From a virus (taxonomy: Duplodnaviria > Heunggongvirae > Uroviricota > Caudoviricetes), in IMG/VR virus record IMGVR_UViG_3300028048_001599: 64,000 bases of DNA; one strand, 5' to 3'. The translations under genes were made by a program, and so were the position numbers. The number at the start of each line of letters is the position of its first letter. The first letter of the stretch is position 1. The notes beneath the pieces are model-generated. The model was given only the letters and a program-made list of their open reading frames with translations. It did not search any database and had not been told where the DNA came from. Below, piece after piece: positions 39,000 through 49,793 of the stretch.

Positions 39000-40373
39000 A
39001 TGGTGAGAAAGAAAATTAAATATATTTTAAGTTTTATTGTGGTCTTAAGTATTGTACTTTCGTCTTGTTTAACTTTGACTGTATTTGCAGAAAAAGATGA
39101 TAAAATAGATAAACTTATAGGCGATGGTGGTACTGCAACCGGTGTAGGTCTTGCTACATGGATGATGCAATGTTACGTGGATGGTTGGGACTATCAAGAG
39201 GGGCAACAAGGATGGGGTGCAGCCGATTGTAGTGGTACAATAGCATATTATAGAAATGCAGGTATTGGTGCTTGCGGGATAACAGACATGATGGGTTCGG
39301 CAAAGGCAAAAAATTTACCTACTGGTGGTGCCGTTAATGGTAGGTTTCTTAAGACTTCTGATATGCCAAGAGTACATGGTATAATAATGCATCATCCAGG
39401 ACATGTAGGTGTGTTTTTAGGTAGTCAGGTAACATTGACTCAAGACGTTAATGGTAAATATGGTAAAGGTAATAGAAAAGGTGTAACACTTACAGGTAAT
39501 GAACTTGATAATTCGGATTATGGTGTAGGACTTGTACTTAGAAACATGGATAATGCGGAAGGATCATGGACTGATTGGGGTTTTGCTGTCGGTTGTAAGT
39601 ATCCAACTAAAGGGTTTGTTAAATTTAATAATAAAGTATTCTATTACGAACCTACAAACAAGGGGTACAGTGAATATGTAGTAAATAAAACTGTGAAAGT
39701 AGACGGTAAAGATTATAAATTTAACGACAAGGGTGAATGTACAAGTGACACGAGTAGTGTAAAATTTGAGCAAACAACTTTTGGAACACCATCGGCATCG
39801 AGTGGTTCATCTAATAATAGTTCATCAGGTACTTCCGAAAATTCAGGTGAAACATCTGATTCAGAGTCAAGTGGGGGTACTACAGCAGTACAACCAGAGG
39901 AAGAATCTTACGCTGATAAAGAGCAGTTAGCAGCCGAACGTGATTTAACATACGAGGAGCAAGTAAGGCTTGAAGCAATAAATAATGACATTAAGAATAA
40001 GCGAGAAATGGGTATATGGTCAGGAATATACACATTTTCAGGTTTATGCGGAATACTTATATTAATTTACAGTTTAATGTTGTTAGTTGCATTTTACATA
40101 GATTTATTTAATTCTTTTACTGAAAAAAGTTTACTACAGCTACTGACATTTGGTAAAATGTACTCAATAGGTAGTAGTAAAAACAGGGAGTTTCTTGGTG
40201 CTATTGCTGAGGACAAAAAAGGCATTGTATATGCTACGCATGCTACAATATGGGCTTCATTCTGTATAGGGGTAATAGCATCGGCAGTTTTGATGAATAT
40301 GCAAACAATTGTAGTGTTGTTCTTAAACATAGCAGATTGGTTTAGTGACCTATTAAATTTTGATATGAATTGA
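39000..40373 (+). CDS. NlpC/P60 peptidase fused to a C-terminal two-TM anchor
   Basis: ADCSG (Cys), PRVHG...PGHVGVFLG (His), wall-binding-like repeat, then RDLTYEEQ...EMGIWS...FYIDLFNSFT...LTFGKMY. Confidence 0.8.
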   Translation: MVRKKIKYILSFIVVLSIVLSSCLTLTVFAEKDDKIDKLIGDGGTATGVGLATWMMQCYVDGWDYQEGQQGWGAADCSGTIAYYRNAGIGACGITDMMGSAKAKNLPTGGAVNGRFLKTSDMPRVHGIIMHHPGHVGVFLGSQVTLTQDVNGKYGKGNRKGVTLTGNELDNSDYGVGLVLRNMDNAEGSWTDWGFAVGCKYPTKGFVKFNNKVFYYEPTNKGYSEYVVNKTVKVDGKDYKFNDKGECTSDTSSVKFEQTTFGTPSASSGSSNNSSSGTSENSGETSDSESSGGTTAVQPEEESYADKEQLAAERDLTYEEQVRLEAINNDIKNKREMGIWSGIYTFSGLCGILILIYSLMLLVAFYIDLFNSFTEKSLLQLLTFGKMYSIGSSKNREFLGAIAEDKKGIVYATHATIWASFCIGVIASAVLMNMQTIVVLFLNIADWFSDLLNFDMN

Positions 40374-40387
40374 TTGGAGTGGTTTAC

Positions 40388-43300
40388 GTGAGGAAGTTAC
40401 GAAAAACAATAAAAATAGGGGTATCGCTACTTTTATCTGTAGCGATACTTTTGTGTTCAGGTATCGTTGTATATGCGGATGAACCTACAGAAACAGATAG
40501 TGGGGGTACAGCTACGAGGGGAAACTATTCCACAATGGCAGGTAACATGCTTAAGAATTTTGCAGACGGTGGTGAAGGTAGTTTAACTATTGATAAAATA
40601 TCTGCAACAGAATTTAGAGCTTGGGGTGTATTGGTTTCTAACTATGTAATACCATTTTATACTAACCCAACTGATATAACTAAAGACTTAGATTTAAAAG
40701 ACTCATCAGGGGAGAAAAAATTTAATGTATGGAAACATTTATGTAAAATATGGCAAAAGTCAGGTAAAGATGAGGCACCTGATTCAAGTTTGTTAGCACA
40801 GTTAAGGCAGAAATATCAAGCTTGTTTTGCAACCGATAAAATGCAGAAAATATACTTAGATAGTTCTAATGAAGTTGCTAAAGTAGGCGACCTTATAACT
40901 AATGATAATATATTAAGTAACACAGATATGCTTTATTGGAAAGATGGTAGTTCTAAAAAATACATATTCAATATGGGTACTTATAATGATAAAGCCGTAT
41001 GCGCACTTGTTCGTTCAGTAAATTGTAAAACAGCTTTAGATCAAGACATGTTAGGTAAAGATTTATTTATATCTTGTTTTGGCGACATATGTGCCTCAAA
41101 AGGGGGTAATGATGTAACTGTAATAATTCCAGCTTGCTTAAACCCATATTCTTTTGGTAAAGATGGAACTAAATTTATGATGAACAATATGTTTGTGTTG
41201 GGTAATTTTTTATCACGAGATAATATAACTACAGATATAAAGTCAAATGACAATGGTGGAAATCTGTTTGACTCAGATGGTAAGGTAACCGATCATGCAA
41301 CATGTACTGGTAATGAAACGACTACCTATGGTTCTTATTTTTACGGTAGAAAGATTGGTGCTAGTAGTTGGTTAAGTATATTTTTACACATTTCTAGTGA
41401 TTCTATGGTACCTTATTTGCAGAGGGCGAGAGACGGAATTAAAGTCGATAACAGTGATGGTGACGTATTTGTAGCAGGTTTATCACGTTATCATCCGAAG
41501 GATGGTTGTAGGGATACAGACTTAGCACAGGGGGTAGATTCATATTTAGCGTTTACACAGCCATTATGGTCTATCGGTACATTGAAATATATCGCAGATG
41601 AAACTAGTTATAAAAACGTTATAGGAATAACTGGACGTTCAAAATTAGTTGATAGTGATAAGATATTTTATAATAACAATGATAAAGGCATATTTACGAG
41701 ATCTTCAGAATTGGCCTCTAATATTAGTTCTTTAAACTCAACCTTATTTACTTATAATTACACAAAAGAAGGAAATCTTTTTGGTTGGTCATCTACTGAC
41801 TCAATAAATCATGAGAAACTTAATGATAAATATGGTATAGTAGATAAAACATATTTTCAAGCACAAATAGGTGGGTTTGGTGTCGCTAAAGATACAAGTG
41901 GAAAAATTAAAGTTTCATATAAGGATAATGGTGCAGATAAAGAGAAACAAATTCATGGGTCAATTAACGACTATACATCGTTATTTAATGAAGTAGATAA
42001 AAATAGTAATAATGAAGCTCGTTATGTAACTATGTTTTTAGCAGGGCAGTACGTAGATGATGCAGTGGATAGTACGGGTCAGGGTTTTACAGATAACCGT
42101 ATTAAATCTGTGGATAGACTGACTTGTTTTCAAATTCCAGTAGACAAAACAATATCAAAGTTAGGTATTTTTAACACTATTGCAAATTCTGACACTGCAA
42201 ATTTTAAAACAATTAAAGCTATAAATTATACTGATGTCGGTGAAGGATCACAATTGAAAAAATACCATAGTAAAGCTATAAACTACAAATCGCAAGGTAA
42301 TAACGCAGCAGCTAATAGTGATTATAATAATGCTGTTGCAATGCCTGAGTCTTTATATGCACTAAATTGTCAAGACCTTAAAAGTTCTAATGCAGTCAAA
42401 CTTTCTGATGGTGGTTTGTATTTAGCATCTGACCGTAATTTATTTGCTAATATATACTGGGCATATATTGAGGATATAGTAGGTATCACAGCAGAAGACA
42501 TAGAAAAGGCTATTGCGAATGGGTCTGAGGTCAAAGCACAAAAGATATCAACTGAGTTACCACCTGTTCCTGATTCTTCTGACTTTGCTTCTGATTTGGA
42601 AGCTCAGTTATCGAGTTCAGAAGTTGCGGATGAAGTGGCTGAAGCTGCTAACAGTGAACTTGAGAAAAAGCAGGCAAGTATCATAGATTGGACATACAAG
42701 ATTCTTTCAGGTGGTACATCTGGTGCTCTTGCAGACGCTGGTCAATATGTTATTAGTTGGTTAAAATCTCTTGTTGATGGTTTATTCTTAGGTATGCATA
42801 ATGCTATGGTAGGTATTGACGTAACGAATGGTTTGACTGGTACTGTGAAAGGTATAGGTAACACAAATCAGTCAGGTGTATATTCAACGGCAGTGGGGTA
42901 TATAACAACACCAACATTTGATAGTCTACCTATAACAAGTTGGGTTACAAATAATTTTACGATAATGTACGTCGCCTTAATGTTACTTGTAGTAGTAATA
43001 TTGATATTTATGGTTGTATCGAAAGCACGACGAATACCGCAAGCAGTAGGGGTATTTATAGTGATGGCATTTGTATTAGTACTTCCAGCAAATTTACTAA
43101 ACAATAGTATAAATATATCAAACATGGCTGCTGAAAAGATATATAGTGAAAAGTTTATGTACTGGGCAGTAATGCAACATGCGGAATATTTAGTTAATCA
43201 AGGTAAAGCCGATAATGTAGACCAACAGATTTTAGCAGATAACATGTCAAGACAGGCTGAGGCTACTAAAACAGGTGGTGTAACTGTAAAATGGTTATGT

Positions 43301-46300
43301 CCTAAAAAGTGGGGTATCACTGAGCAAATAAAATCGGTAACAAAAAATACAAAGGGTTTAGGTTTGTTCTTGTACTTTGCTGGTGATATACTTGATGGTG
43401 AAGATTATAGTTATAATATATCTTCTGACGGAACATATTTATATCGTTCCTACACAGCTATATTTGTTGAAGCTAAGGGTTTGCAAAAATCACTCGATGA
43501 AACAAATAAAAACTATTCCGACAAATTAAGTGCTATATCTCCAAAGATAAGAGCCGAATGGAACGGTTCAAACAAAGCTAAATATGGTGCTGTTACATTA
43601 ACAAAGTCTGACGGTAAAAGTGGTTCGTACACTTTAGCTAATAAGACAACCGAAAATGGTTCTGTAAAAACTGTAACACCAGATACAAATTTGTTTAGAT
43701 TTAAAACAATTCGTGGTGATACATTCTTTAGAGCAGCACTTGGTCAAAATAGTATTGATAAAGATGGTAAGTCTAAGGTTTATCCTGATGGTTATTATGA
43801 CTCATATTACGGTTCTAATGGTATAATGAAGGTAAAAAATAACACGTTTAAATCAAACAATAGGATTTATTCGATGTATTTGGATAGTAATTTGACATCG
43901 GCGGTATTTAACTTTAACGTCAACAATGTATCTTGGAACCCGATTACAAAAGCTAAGAAGTGCGGTCTTTGGATATCTGACGATAATAGAGTCGCAGTTG
44001 ACGAGGAAGTAGATGCTAATATCTACAAAGAAGGGGTAAGAACATTTCTTGATTATTCTGAGAGTCCTTATTATTATTTTTATAATGTATTCTCTGATAC
44101 AACTATTAAAACAGATAATAACGATACAATAAGTGGCGCTGATGACTTTGTAACTTTGTTATTAAGTGACGAGTTTTTCACTGTAACTGACCAAAAGAGT
44201 AAGGCATATGGTGAAGTTAAAGATTACCTTGATTTGGAAGGTCTATTTACATACATAATACCGTTCTTAGACTACGCTAATCAGGATGCTGCAAAATATT
44301 TTCAAAAGTGGGGGTACGATGTAAAACGTACGGACATTGAAGAAACCTCAGAAACATCAAAGAAAGAAACATCAAAGCAAGAATCTTCTAAAAAAGAGAC
44401 ATCAAAACCTGAATCGTCTAAACCTGAGTCATCTACTGAGGAAACTTCCGAGGAAGTTGAGGAAGAAACACCAAAGACACAGGCAGAGCTTGATTACGAG
44501 GAGCATAAATCTCAAAATCAAGCTGTTTGGAACTTGTACTCACCTTGGGTAAATGCACTTATGGACGCTAATAATAAGGTTCAAACAGCTAATTCAGGTT
44601 ATGGTCAGGTAACAATTCTTGAAGCTTGTAACCCCGCTGATTATACCTATAATAATCGCCCAATGGCGTACTCACCAGCAGAAAAGCAATTGAGGGGTTA
44701 TGCAGATATCGATCTTACTACGGTTGAATACAAGTTACAAAAAGTATTAAAAGAAACACGTGAAGATTTGATCGAGTTGTTGAATTATAAAGACTTAACA
44801 GGTGAGGGGGTACCTGAAGGTAACGATATCCTTATAAGTGCTGCAGCAATGATTGCAACATTCCACTTCAATCAAGAATTTAGTGACACAGGTTTCATGT
44901 CAACTAATATTCAAATGTACCCTGTATCATTTGAGTTGAAGAATATGAACTATGACGCATATTTAAGACTTATAATGGGCAATTCAATGGGGGTAAATCA
45001 AGTTAAACTTATGAAGAATAAGAGTACAGCTAATCAAACAATCTATGAAACATTTGTTCATAACACATCAGCTGTTTCTGCTATAATTCTTATTCTTGTA
45101 GACGCAATGGGTGTATTTGTAATACCAATTATGAAAATATTATTAATAGCTATTATATTCTTCTTAGCATTGGCACTATCCATATCGTGTATTATAAATG
45201 CTCCTGAAAAATTGTTACCAACGATAATAAACACATTTGTATTACCTGTTTTAGGTATGATATCCATATTTACAATGCATGCAATAGTGGTATCGTGGTT
45301 CATAGGCGACGGTGCATCAGGGGTAATAGACTCGCATAGTATAGCAATTACAACTGGTGACCCAACAATAACATTGCTACTGTTACTAATTGTTGATGTT
45401 GTAACATCAATTTTAATGTGGAAACTTTTGAAATATGCTGCTGTATCAACTGTTAAGTATATAAAGGCAACATTTAGTGGTATTAAGGACATGGCTACAA
45501 ATCTGTTTGGTAATATTGTTGGTTCTATTGGAGCAGTAGCAGGTGTAGGAACACTAGCTGTAGGTACTGCTGGACTTGTAGGAAAAGCGGCAACTGCAAC
45601 TGCAAAAGTAGGGGCAGGGGTAGTCAAAGCAGGTGTTGGGCATCACAGAGCTAAAGTACAAAAAGAGATTGCTAAGAACACTCGTAATAATGGAAACGGA
45701 CAAGGTAACAGAACTGAAAATGGTCAAGGTAATGGAAATGGACAAGGTCAAGGTCAGGCTCAGGGTCAAGGACAAGGTCAGGCTCAGGCTCAAGGACAGG
45801 GTTCAGGTCAAAACAATAATTCTTCTGGTAACAATTCTACTGTGTCATCTGATAATAATTCTAATGGTGACAACAATTCCAATGGTAATTCTACTAATGC
45901 TAAAATGTCATCTGAAAATAAGCAACAGATGGAACTTAAGAAAACTAATGAAACACTTAAGGAAATTAGTGGAAAACTTGACAGAGTTTCATTTAGTCGA
46001 AGTGTAGGTGGTTCACCTGCTAATCCTATGACTGGTTCACCATTTAAGGCTGATTTGGAAAACGCTCAAAAGACTGAAAGTGGTATTTATGTATCAAATA
46101 ACTCAGGTAAAAATGGAACTACAAACACTGAGTCTAAGAAAACCAAAATAAATAGTGCATCACCTGCTAGAGCCGCACAAAATTACGGTAATTCAAGTAC
46201 CGCATCAAATTTTGATTTTGGTTTTGGTAATAAAGAGCCATCTGGAAACTCTGCTAAACCTGTGAAATTGTTTGGAGCGGATGGAAAACCGTTGTTATAA
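40388..46300 (+). CDS. Very large polytopic membrane protein, VirB6/TcpH/ConG-like
   Basis: GTG after RBS GGAGTGG. Signal peptide, large extracellular regions, two TM near residues 865-910, a TM cluster near 1570-1690, then a Gly/Ala-rich helix and G/N/Q low-complexity tail. Lies immediately upstream of the wall hydrolase. Confidence 0.6.
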   Translation: MRKLRKTIKIGVSLLLSVAILLCSGIVVYADEPTETDSGGTATRGNYSTMAGNMLKNFADGGEGSLTIDKISATEFRAWGVLVSNYVIPFYTNPTDITKDLDLKDSSGEKKFNVWKHLCKIWQKSGKDEAPDSSLLAQLRQKYQACFATDKMQKIYLDSSNEVAKVGDLITNDNILSNTDMLYWKDGSSKKYIFNMGTYNDKAVCALVRSVNCKTALDQDMLGKDLFISCFGDICASKGGNDVTVIIPACLNPYSFGKDGTKFMMNNMFVLGNFLSRDNITTDIKSNDNGGNLFDSDGKVTDHATCTGNETTTYGSYFYGRKIGASSWLSIFLHISSDSMVPYLQRARDGIKVDNSDGDVFVAGLSRYHPKDGCRDTDLAQGVDSYLAFTQPLWSIGTLKYIADETSYKNVIGITGRSKLVDSDKIFYNNNDKGIFTRSSELASNISSLNSTLFTYNYTKEGNLFGWSSTDSINHEKLNDKYGIVDKTYFQAQIGGFGVAKDTSGKIKVSYKDNGADKEKQIHGSINDYTSLFNEVDKNSNNEARYVTMFLAGQYVDDAVDSTGQGFTDNRIKSVDRLTCFQIPVDKTISKLGIFNTIANSDTANFKTIKAINYTDVGEGSQLKKYHSKAINYKSQGNNAAANSDYNNAVAMPESLYALNCQDLKSSNAVKLSDGGLYLASDRNLFANIYWAYIEDIVGITAEDIEKAIANGSEVKAQKISTELPPVPDSSDFASDLEAQLSSSEVADEVAEAANSELEKKQASIIDWTYKILSGGTSGALADAGQYVISWLKSLVDGLFLGMHNAMVGIDVTNGLTGTVKGIGNTNQSGVYSTAVGYITTPTFDSLPITSWVTNNFTIMYVALMLLVVVILIFMVVSKARRIPQAVGVFIVMAFVLVLPANLLNNSINISNMAAEKIYSEKFMYWAVMQHAEYLVNQGKADNVDQQILADNMSRQAEATKTGGVTVKWLCPKKWGITEQIKSVTKNTKGLGLFLYFAGDILDGEDYSYNISSDGTYLYRSYTAIFVEAKGLQKSLDETNKNYSDKLSAISPKIRAEWNGSNKAKYGAVTLTKSDGKSGSYTLANKTTENGSVKTVTPDTNLFRFKTIRGDTFFRAALGQNSIDKDGKSKVYPDGYYDSYYGSNGIMKVKNNTFKSNNRIYSMYLDSNLTSAVFNFNVNNVSWNPITKAKKCGLWISDDNRVAVDEEVDANIYKEGVRTFLDYSESPYYYFYNVFSDTTIKTDNNDTISGADDFVTLLLSDEFFTVTDQKSKAYGEVKDYLDLEGLFTYIIPFLDYANQDAAKYFQKWGYDVKRTDIEETSETSKKETSKQESSKKETSKPESSKPESSTEETSEEVEEETPKTQAELDYEEHKSQNQAVWNLYSPWVNALMDANNKVQTANSGYGQVTILEACNPADYTYNNRPMAYSPAEKQLRGYADIDLTTVEYKLQKVLKETREDLIELLNYKDLTGEGVPEGNDILISAAAMIATFHFNQEFSDTGFMSTNIQMYPVSFELKNMNYDAYLRLIMGNSMGVNQVKLMKNKSTANQTIYETFVHNTSAVSAIILILVDAMGVFVIPIMKILLIAIIFFLALALSISCIINAPEKLLPTIINTFVLPVLGMISIFTMHAIVVSWFIGDGASGVIDSHSIAITTGDPTITLLLLLIVDVVTSILMWKLLKYAAVSTVKYIKATFSGIKDMATNLFGNIVGSIGAVAGVGTLAVGTAGLVGKAATATAKVGAGVVKAGVGHHRAKVQKEIAKNTRNNGNGQGNRTENGQGNGNGQGQGQAQGQGQGQAQAQGQGSGQNNNSSGNNSTVSSDNNSNGDNNSNGNSTNAKMSSENKQQMELKKTNETLKEISGKLDRVSFSRSVGGSPANPMTGSPFKADLENAQKTESGIYVSNNSGKNGTTNTESKKTKINSASPARAAQNYGNSSTASNFDFGFGNKEPSGNSAKPVKLFGADGKPLL

Positions 46301-46313
46301 GGAGGTATTGTAA

Positions 46314-49300
46314 ATGATTTTAAGTACAATACTTCGGGTAACACGAAATGCAGCTAGAGCAGCAGCTAAAAGTGGTAAGAAGTTAGTAAATGGGGTAGCA
46401 AGTACTAGACGTACCGTCAGTGGTGAAACTACTGACGGTAACGTCAAATCTAATGATACTTTAATGAATAAGTTCAAAACAAAGAATAAGAAGTTAAGAA
46501 AACTCAAGTCAATGAAAAAAGTAGGTAAGAGTTCTAAAAAAGTAGCTTCTAATCTTTTTATACTTGCAGTTGGTTTTGTTGAGGACATATTATCATTACT
46601 TTTTGGTTCTGCATTAATATTTATGCTTATTTTATGTACACTCATTCCAGTTTTGGCTGTTGTAATAATGGGAACAATAGATGGGGTATCAAGTATATCG
46701 ACATCAGGTGATAATTTCACTACAACAGGTGGAAGTGGAGGTGTTCAGATAACTGACCCTTCTACATATGATTGGTGGGGTAATAAGGAACAAAATATGA
46801 GGCTTCTTACAGATGACTATGATAAAGAACTTTACCAGTTAATAATGATGAATATGGACTTAGCACAATACTCGCACAGTGATACAAGTGTTGATAATTT
46901 ATGGAATGGTACATTTGGTGTGGGTATTTTATACGCCGAAATGGGTGGTGGTATATCCTCAAAAATAGTGAATTTTCATGAGGGTACGGAAGCTGAGAAA
47001 AATCAACTTAAATATGAAAAGTGGAACTATGTATTTGCACCGTTCTGTTTGGGTTATTCATCTGACTATCTTGGTGATGGACCTGTAGGTTTATCATGGG
47101 GGTTACCAAAGAAAGATGTAAGTTATGAGTACAGTCATTATGAAATTAAAAATGTTAATAAAAAGTGGTTGGACGATAGTGCTACTGGTACAAGTAGTTA
47201 TCATGGTACTTATAATGATAATCAAAAATACGCTATATGGACGACTCCTGGTAGTTTGAAATGGTCATACTATAATACAATTGCATATTCTTATACAGAC
47301 TGGCGAACAGAAGCGTTCGACAGGTGGGGTGTTGAAAAATCTGATGAAAACTTATATAATATAGCTACATGTGATTATTATGCAAAACACCATGGACATG
47401 CAGCCGGAAATAAAGATGAAAAAGCAGTACTTGAATATATGTTAGCATTGTATAATTATGTAGATAAGGACTTAAATAATGTGTATATTGTGGATAGTTC
47501 AGGTAAACTAGCAAAAGATGAAGGACACGCAATATATAGGGAAGTGTTAGCTAATGATTTTGGAAAGACTTCATCAAACTACATCAAAGTAATACACGAT
47601 GGCAAGGAACACACATTCAAAGGTTCAGGTGACGATTTATTGGGTAAAGCACTTTTAGATTGGGCTAAAAGTGAAAACCCATCTGGTTATAAAAAATTAA
47701 AAGAGGCTATAGATTATGGTAGCGATGGCGCACCTGGTTTCAATGGTAATACATTGTTCTCATCAAATGTAAGTAACTGTATTGGTATTTATTTAATAGG
47801 TTCAACTCTTGTGAAATATATGGTTGAAAAATTAGGTTTAACATTTGACGTTGCAACAACAGACAACAGTAACTTCCCAGGTGGTACACAGACAGCGAAG
47901 AATGTGGTAGCAGTGATGACTGATTTATATAACAAGCATGGTGCTAAATCTTCGGATAAGTGGACAATGGGATATAATCAATTATTAAATTCTAACGGTA
48001 GTAAAGCAACTAATTTTAATACTGAGTGGTGTGCAATGTTTGTAAATACAGTACTCAATACGGCAAAGATAAACGGTAGCACAAAGACAGTAGCTCAAGG
48101 ATTACACGATGTAACTAATGACCTATTCCCATCTGGTGCATGTGCCGAAATGGGGTATGGTAATTCACGTAAATATGATTCTTTGTTTACGTCAACAAGT
48201 GGACTTTCAAATCGAGCGGAAATCACAAAATCGGGGTATGTGACAGCACACTATGGTGGTCAAGAGCTTAGTGGTAAAAATGCAACTAAAGATTATAAAG
48301 GTGAAATTAGTAAAGAATCATTATACAAGCCTAAAGCTGGTGATATAATTGTATTTTCTTTTGGAAATCATGAATTTTATGACCATGTTGGTATGGTTCG
48401 AGAAGATAGTGAATCATTTTATACTGTAAATACAATTGAGGGAAATACAAATGATGATAATGAAAATTACGGTGCTGGTGGTTGGTTAAATACGCGAGGT
48501 TATAGTAATAGCACTAGTATTTGTATGTACCTCGAAATAAACTACCTTGCACTTGAAGAAAAATTCGGTACACCATCAATAAAGACTGGTGGCTCTGGTG
48601 GAAAATTAGACATTAATAAATATGTTGAAACTCAGGCTAAGACGTTAGGTAACGATTCAACACTTAGTGGTTGTAGTCAGGTTCTTGATGTAGTTACATC
48701 AGGTACATCAGCGAAACTTACAGTTTACAATAAGTCTAACGGTAAATGGACAAAAGGTGGTTTAGTTGACGCTAGTGGATTCATAGGAAAAGACGGGGTA
48801 GGTTCTAAAGACTCAAACGCTAATGAGAGTTGTTCAAAAACGCCATTTGGTGCATATTATCTTGGCGTAAACTTTGGTGGATTTGGTATTGCTCAAAGTG
48901 GTTTAAAGATTGACTGGAAGAATGTGTCGTCAAAACAATCATATTGGGGTTCGTCTAATAACTCAAAGCATTTAAACAAATTCTATCAGGCTTCTTCGGC
49001 GGAGACGAGTGCTGATGAAAACTTAACAAGTATATGTAATAGTGGTGCTTATAAGTATTCTATACTTATAGAATATAACTACGGTAATAATGCTAAAAAA
49101 GGTGGCGGTTCAGCGTTCTTCCTACATGTAGGTAGTAACCCAACCGCAGGATGTGTAGCAACATCAGAGTCTAATATGAAGAAAATTGTTGATTGGATAG
49201 ATAAATCAAAGAAAACAAGGATACTTATTCATCCTGAGGACTCAAAAGTAATTGCTGTAGCAACAGTATCTACAGGCGGTAGTTCATCAAAAGGTAATTC

Positions 49301-49718
49301 CTCTACTGATGATTCGTTGCCTAAGCCTTTGAATTACTCAGCATCAAAGTTAAAAATATGGGGTAGACCTACTGCTACTAATAAAAATGTCCCTGAAGAT
49401 GTAAGAAAATTCTGTGCAGCACTTGGTAAAACCAGTGTATGCGACACTTATAAAAGTCCGGCTACAGGAGAAACAATAAAACAGGATGGTAGTTTCTCAT
49501 TCTACCCAGAGTTAACTAGCGATGCATTAGACATCCCTGGTAGAACACACGCAGATGGGTTCGTTGTAGATGGTGATGGTTATATAGTATTAGCTGGTTC
49601 ACCTAATCAAAAGAAGAATCATACAGTCGTACCTACACCTTTTGCAGGTCGTAAAGGTAAGGTATACGATGTATGTGGTACATCGGCATTTGATATTTAT
49701 ATGGCTCGAGGTTCTTAA
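46314..49718 (+). CDS. Multi-domain peptidoglycan hydrolase (VirB1/CwlT/TcpG analogue): TM + unknown domain + CHAP + L,D-transpeptidase-like + 3D-like
   Basis: CHAP: EWCAMFV...PKAGDIIVF...DHVGMV...TIEGNT. YkuD-like: KTPFGAY...GSAFFLHV...PTAGCVA. C-terminus: DGDGYIVLA...TPF...GKVYDVCG...FDIY. Confidence 0.8.
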   Translation: MILSTILRVTRNAARAAAKSGKKLVNGVASTRRTVSGETTDGNVKSNDTLMNKFKTKNKKLRKLKSMKKVGKSSKKVASNLFILAVGFVEDILSLLFGSALIFMLILCTLIPVLAVVIMGTIDGVSSISTSGDNFTTTGGSGGVQITDPSTYDWWGNKEQNMRLLTDDYDKELYQLIMMNMDLAQYSHSDTSVDNLWNGTFGVGILYAEMGGGISSKIVNFHEGTEAEKNQLKYEKWNYVFAPFCLGYSSDYLGDGPVGLSWGLPKKDVSYEYSHYEIKNVNKKWLDDSATGTSSYHGTYNDNQKYAIWTTPGSLKWSYYNTIAYSYTDWRTEAFDRWGVEKSDENLYNIATCDYYAKHHGHAAGNKDEKAVLEYMLALYNYVDKDLNNVYIVDSSGKLAKDEGHAIYREVLANDFGKTSSNYIKVIHDGKEHTFKGSGDDLLGKALLDWAKSENPSGYKKLKEAIDYGSDGAPGFNGNTLFSSNVSNCIGIYLIGSTLVKYMVEKLGLTFDVATTDNSNFPGGTQTAKNVVAVMTDLYNKHGAKSSDKWTMGYNQLLNSNGSKATNFNTEWCAMFVNTVLNTAKINGSTKTVAQGLHDVTNDLFPSGACAEMGYGNSRKYDSLFTSTSGLSNRAEITKSGYVTAHYGGQELSGKNATKDYKGEISKESLYKPKAGDIIVFSFGNHEFYDHVGMVREDSESFYTVNTIEGNTNDDNENYGAGGWLNTRGYSNSTSICMYLEINYLALEEKFGTPSIKTGGSGGKLDINKYVETQAKTLGNDSTLSGCSQVLDVVTSGTSAKLTVYNKSNGKWTKGGLVDASGFIGKDGVGSKDSNANESCSKTPFGAYYLGVNFGGFGIAQSGLKIDWKNVSSKQSYWGSSNNSKHLNKFYQASSAETSADENLTSICNSGAYKYSILIEYNYGNNAKKGGGSAFFLHVGSNPTAGCVATSESNMKKIVDWIDKSKKTRILIHPEDSKVIAVATVSTGGSSSKGNSSTDDSLPKPLNYSASKLKIWGRPTATNKNVPEDVRKFCAALGKTSVCDTYKSPATGETIKQDGSFSFYPELTSDALDIPGRTHADGFVVDGDGYIVLAGSPNQKKNHTVVPTPFAGRKGKVYDVCGTSAFDIYMARGS

Positions 49719-49727
49719 TAATGGAAT

Positions 49728-49767
49728 AAAAAGTCGCTAATCATATAAAAAATTAGCGACTTTTTCC
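49728..49767. terminator. Intrinsic terminator
   Basis: AAAAAGTCGCTAAT/ATTAGCGACTTTTT. Confidence 0.75.
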
Positions 49768-49793
49768 GATTAAATAGTAAATAATGAAATGGA

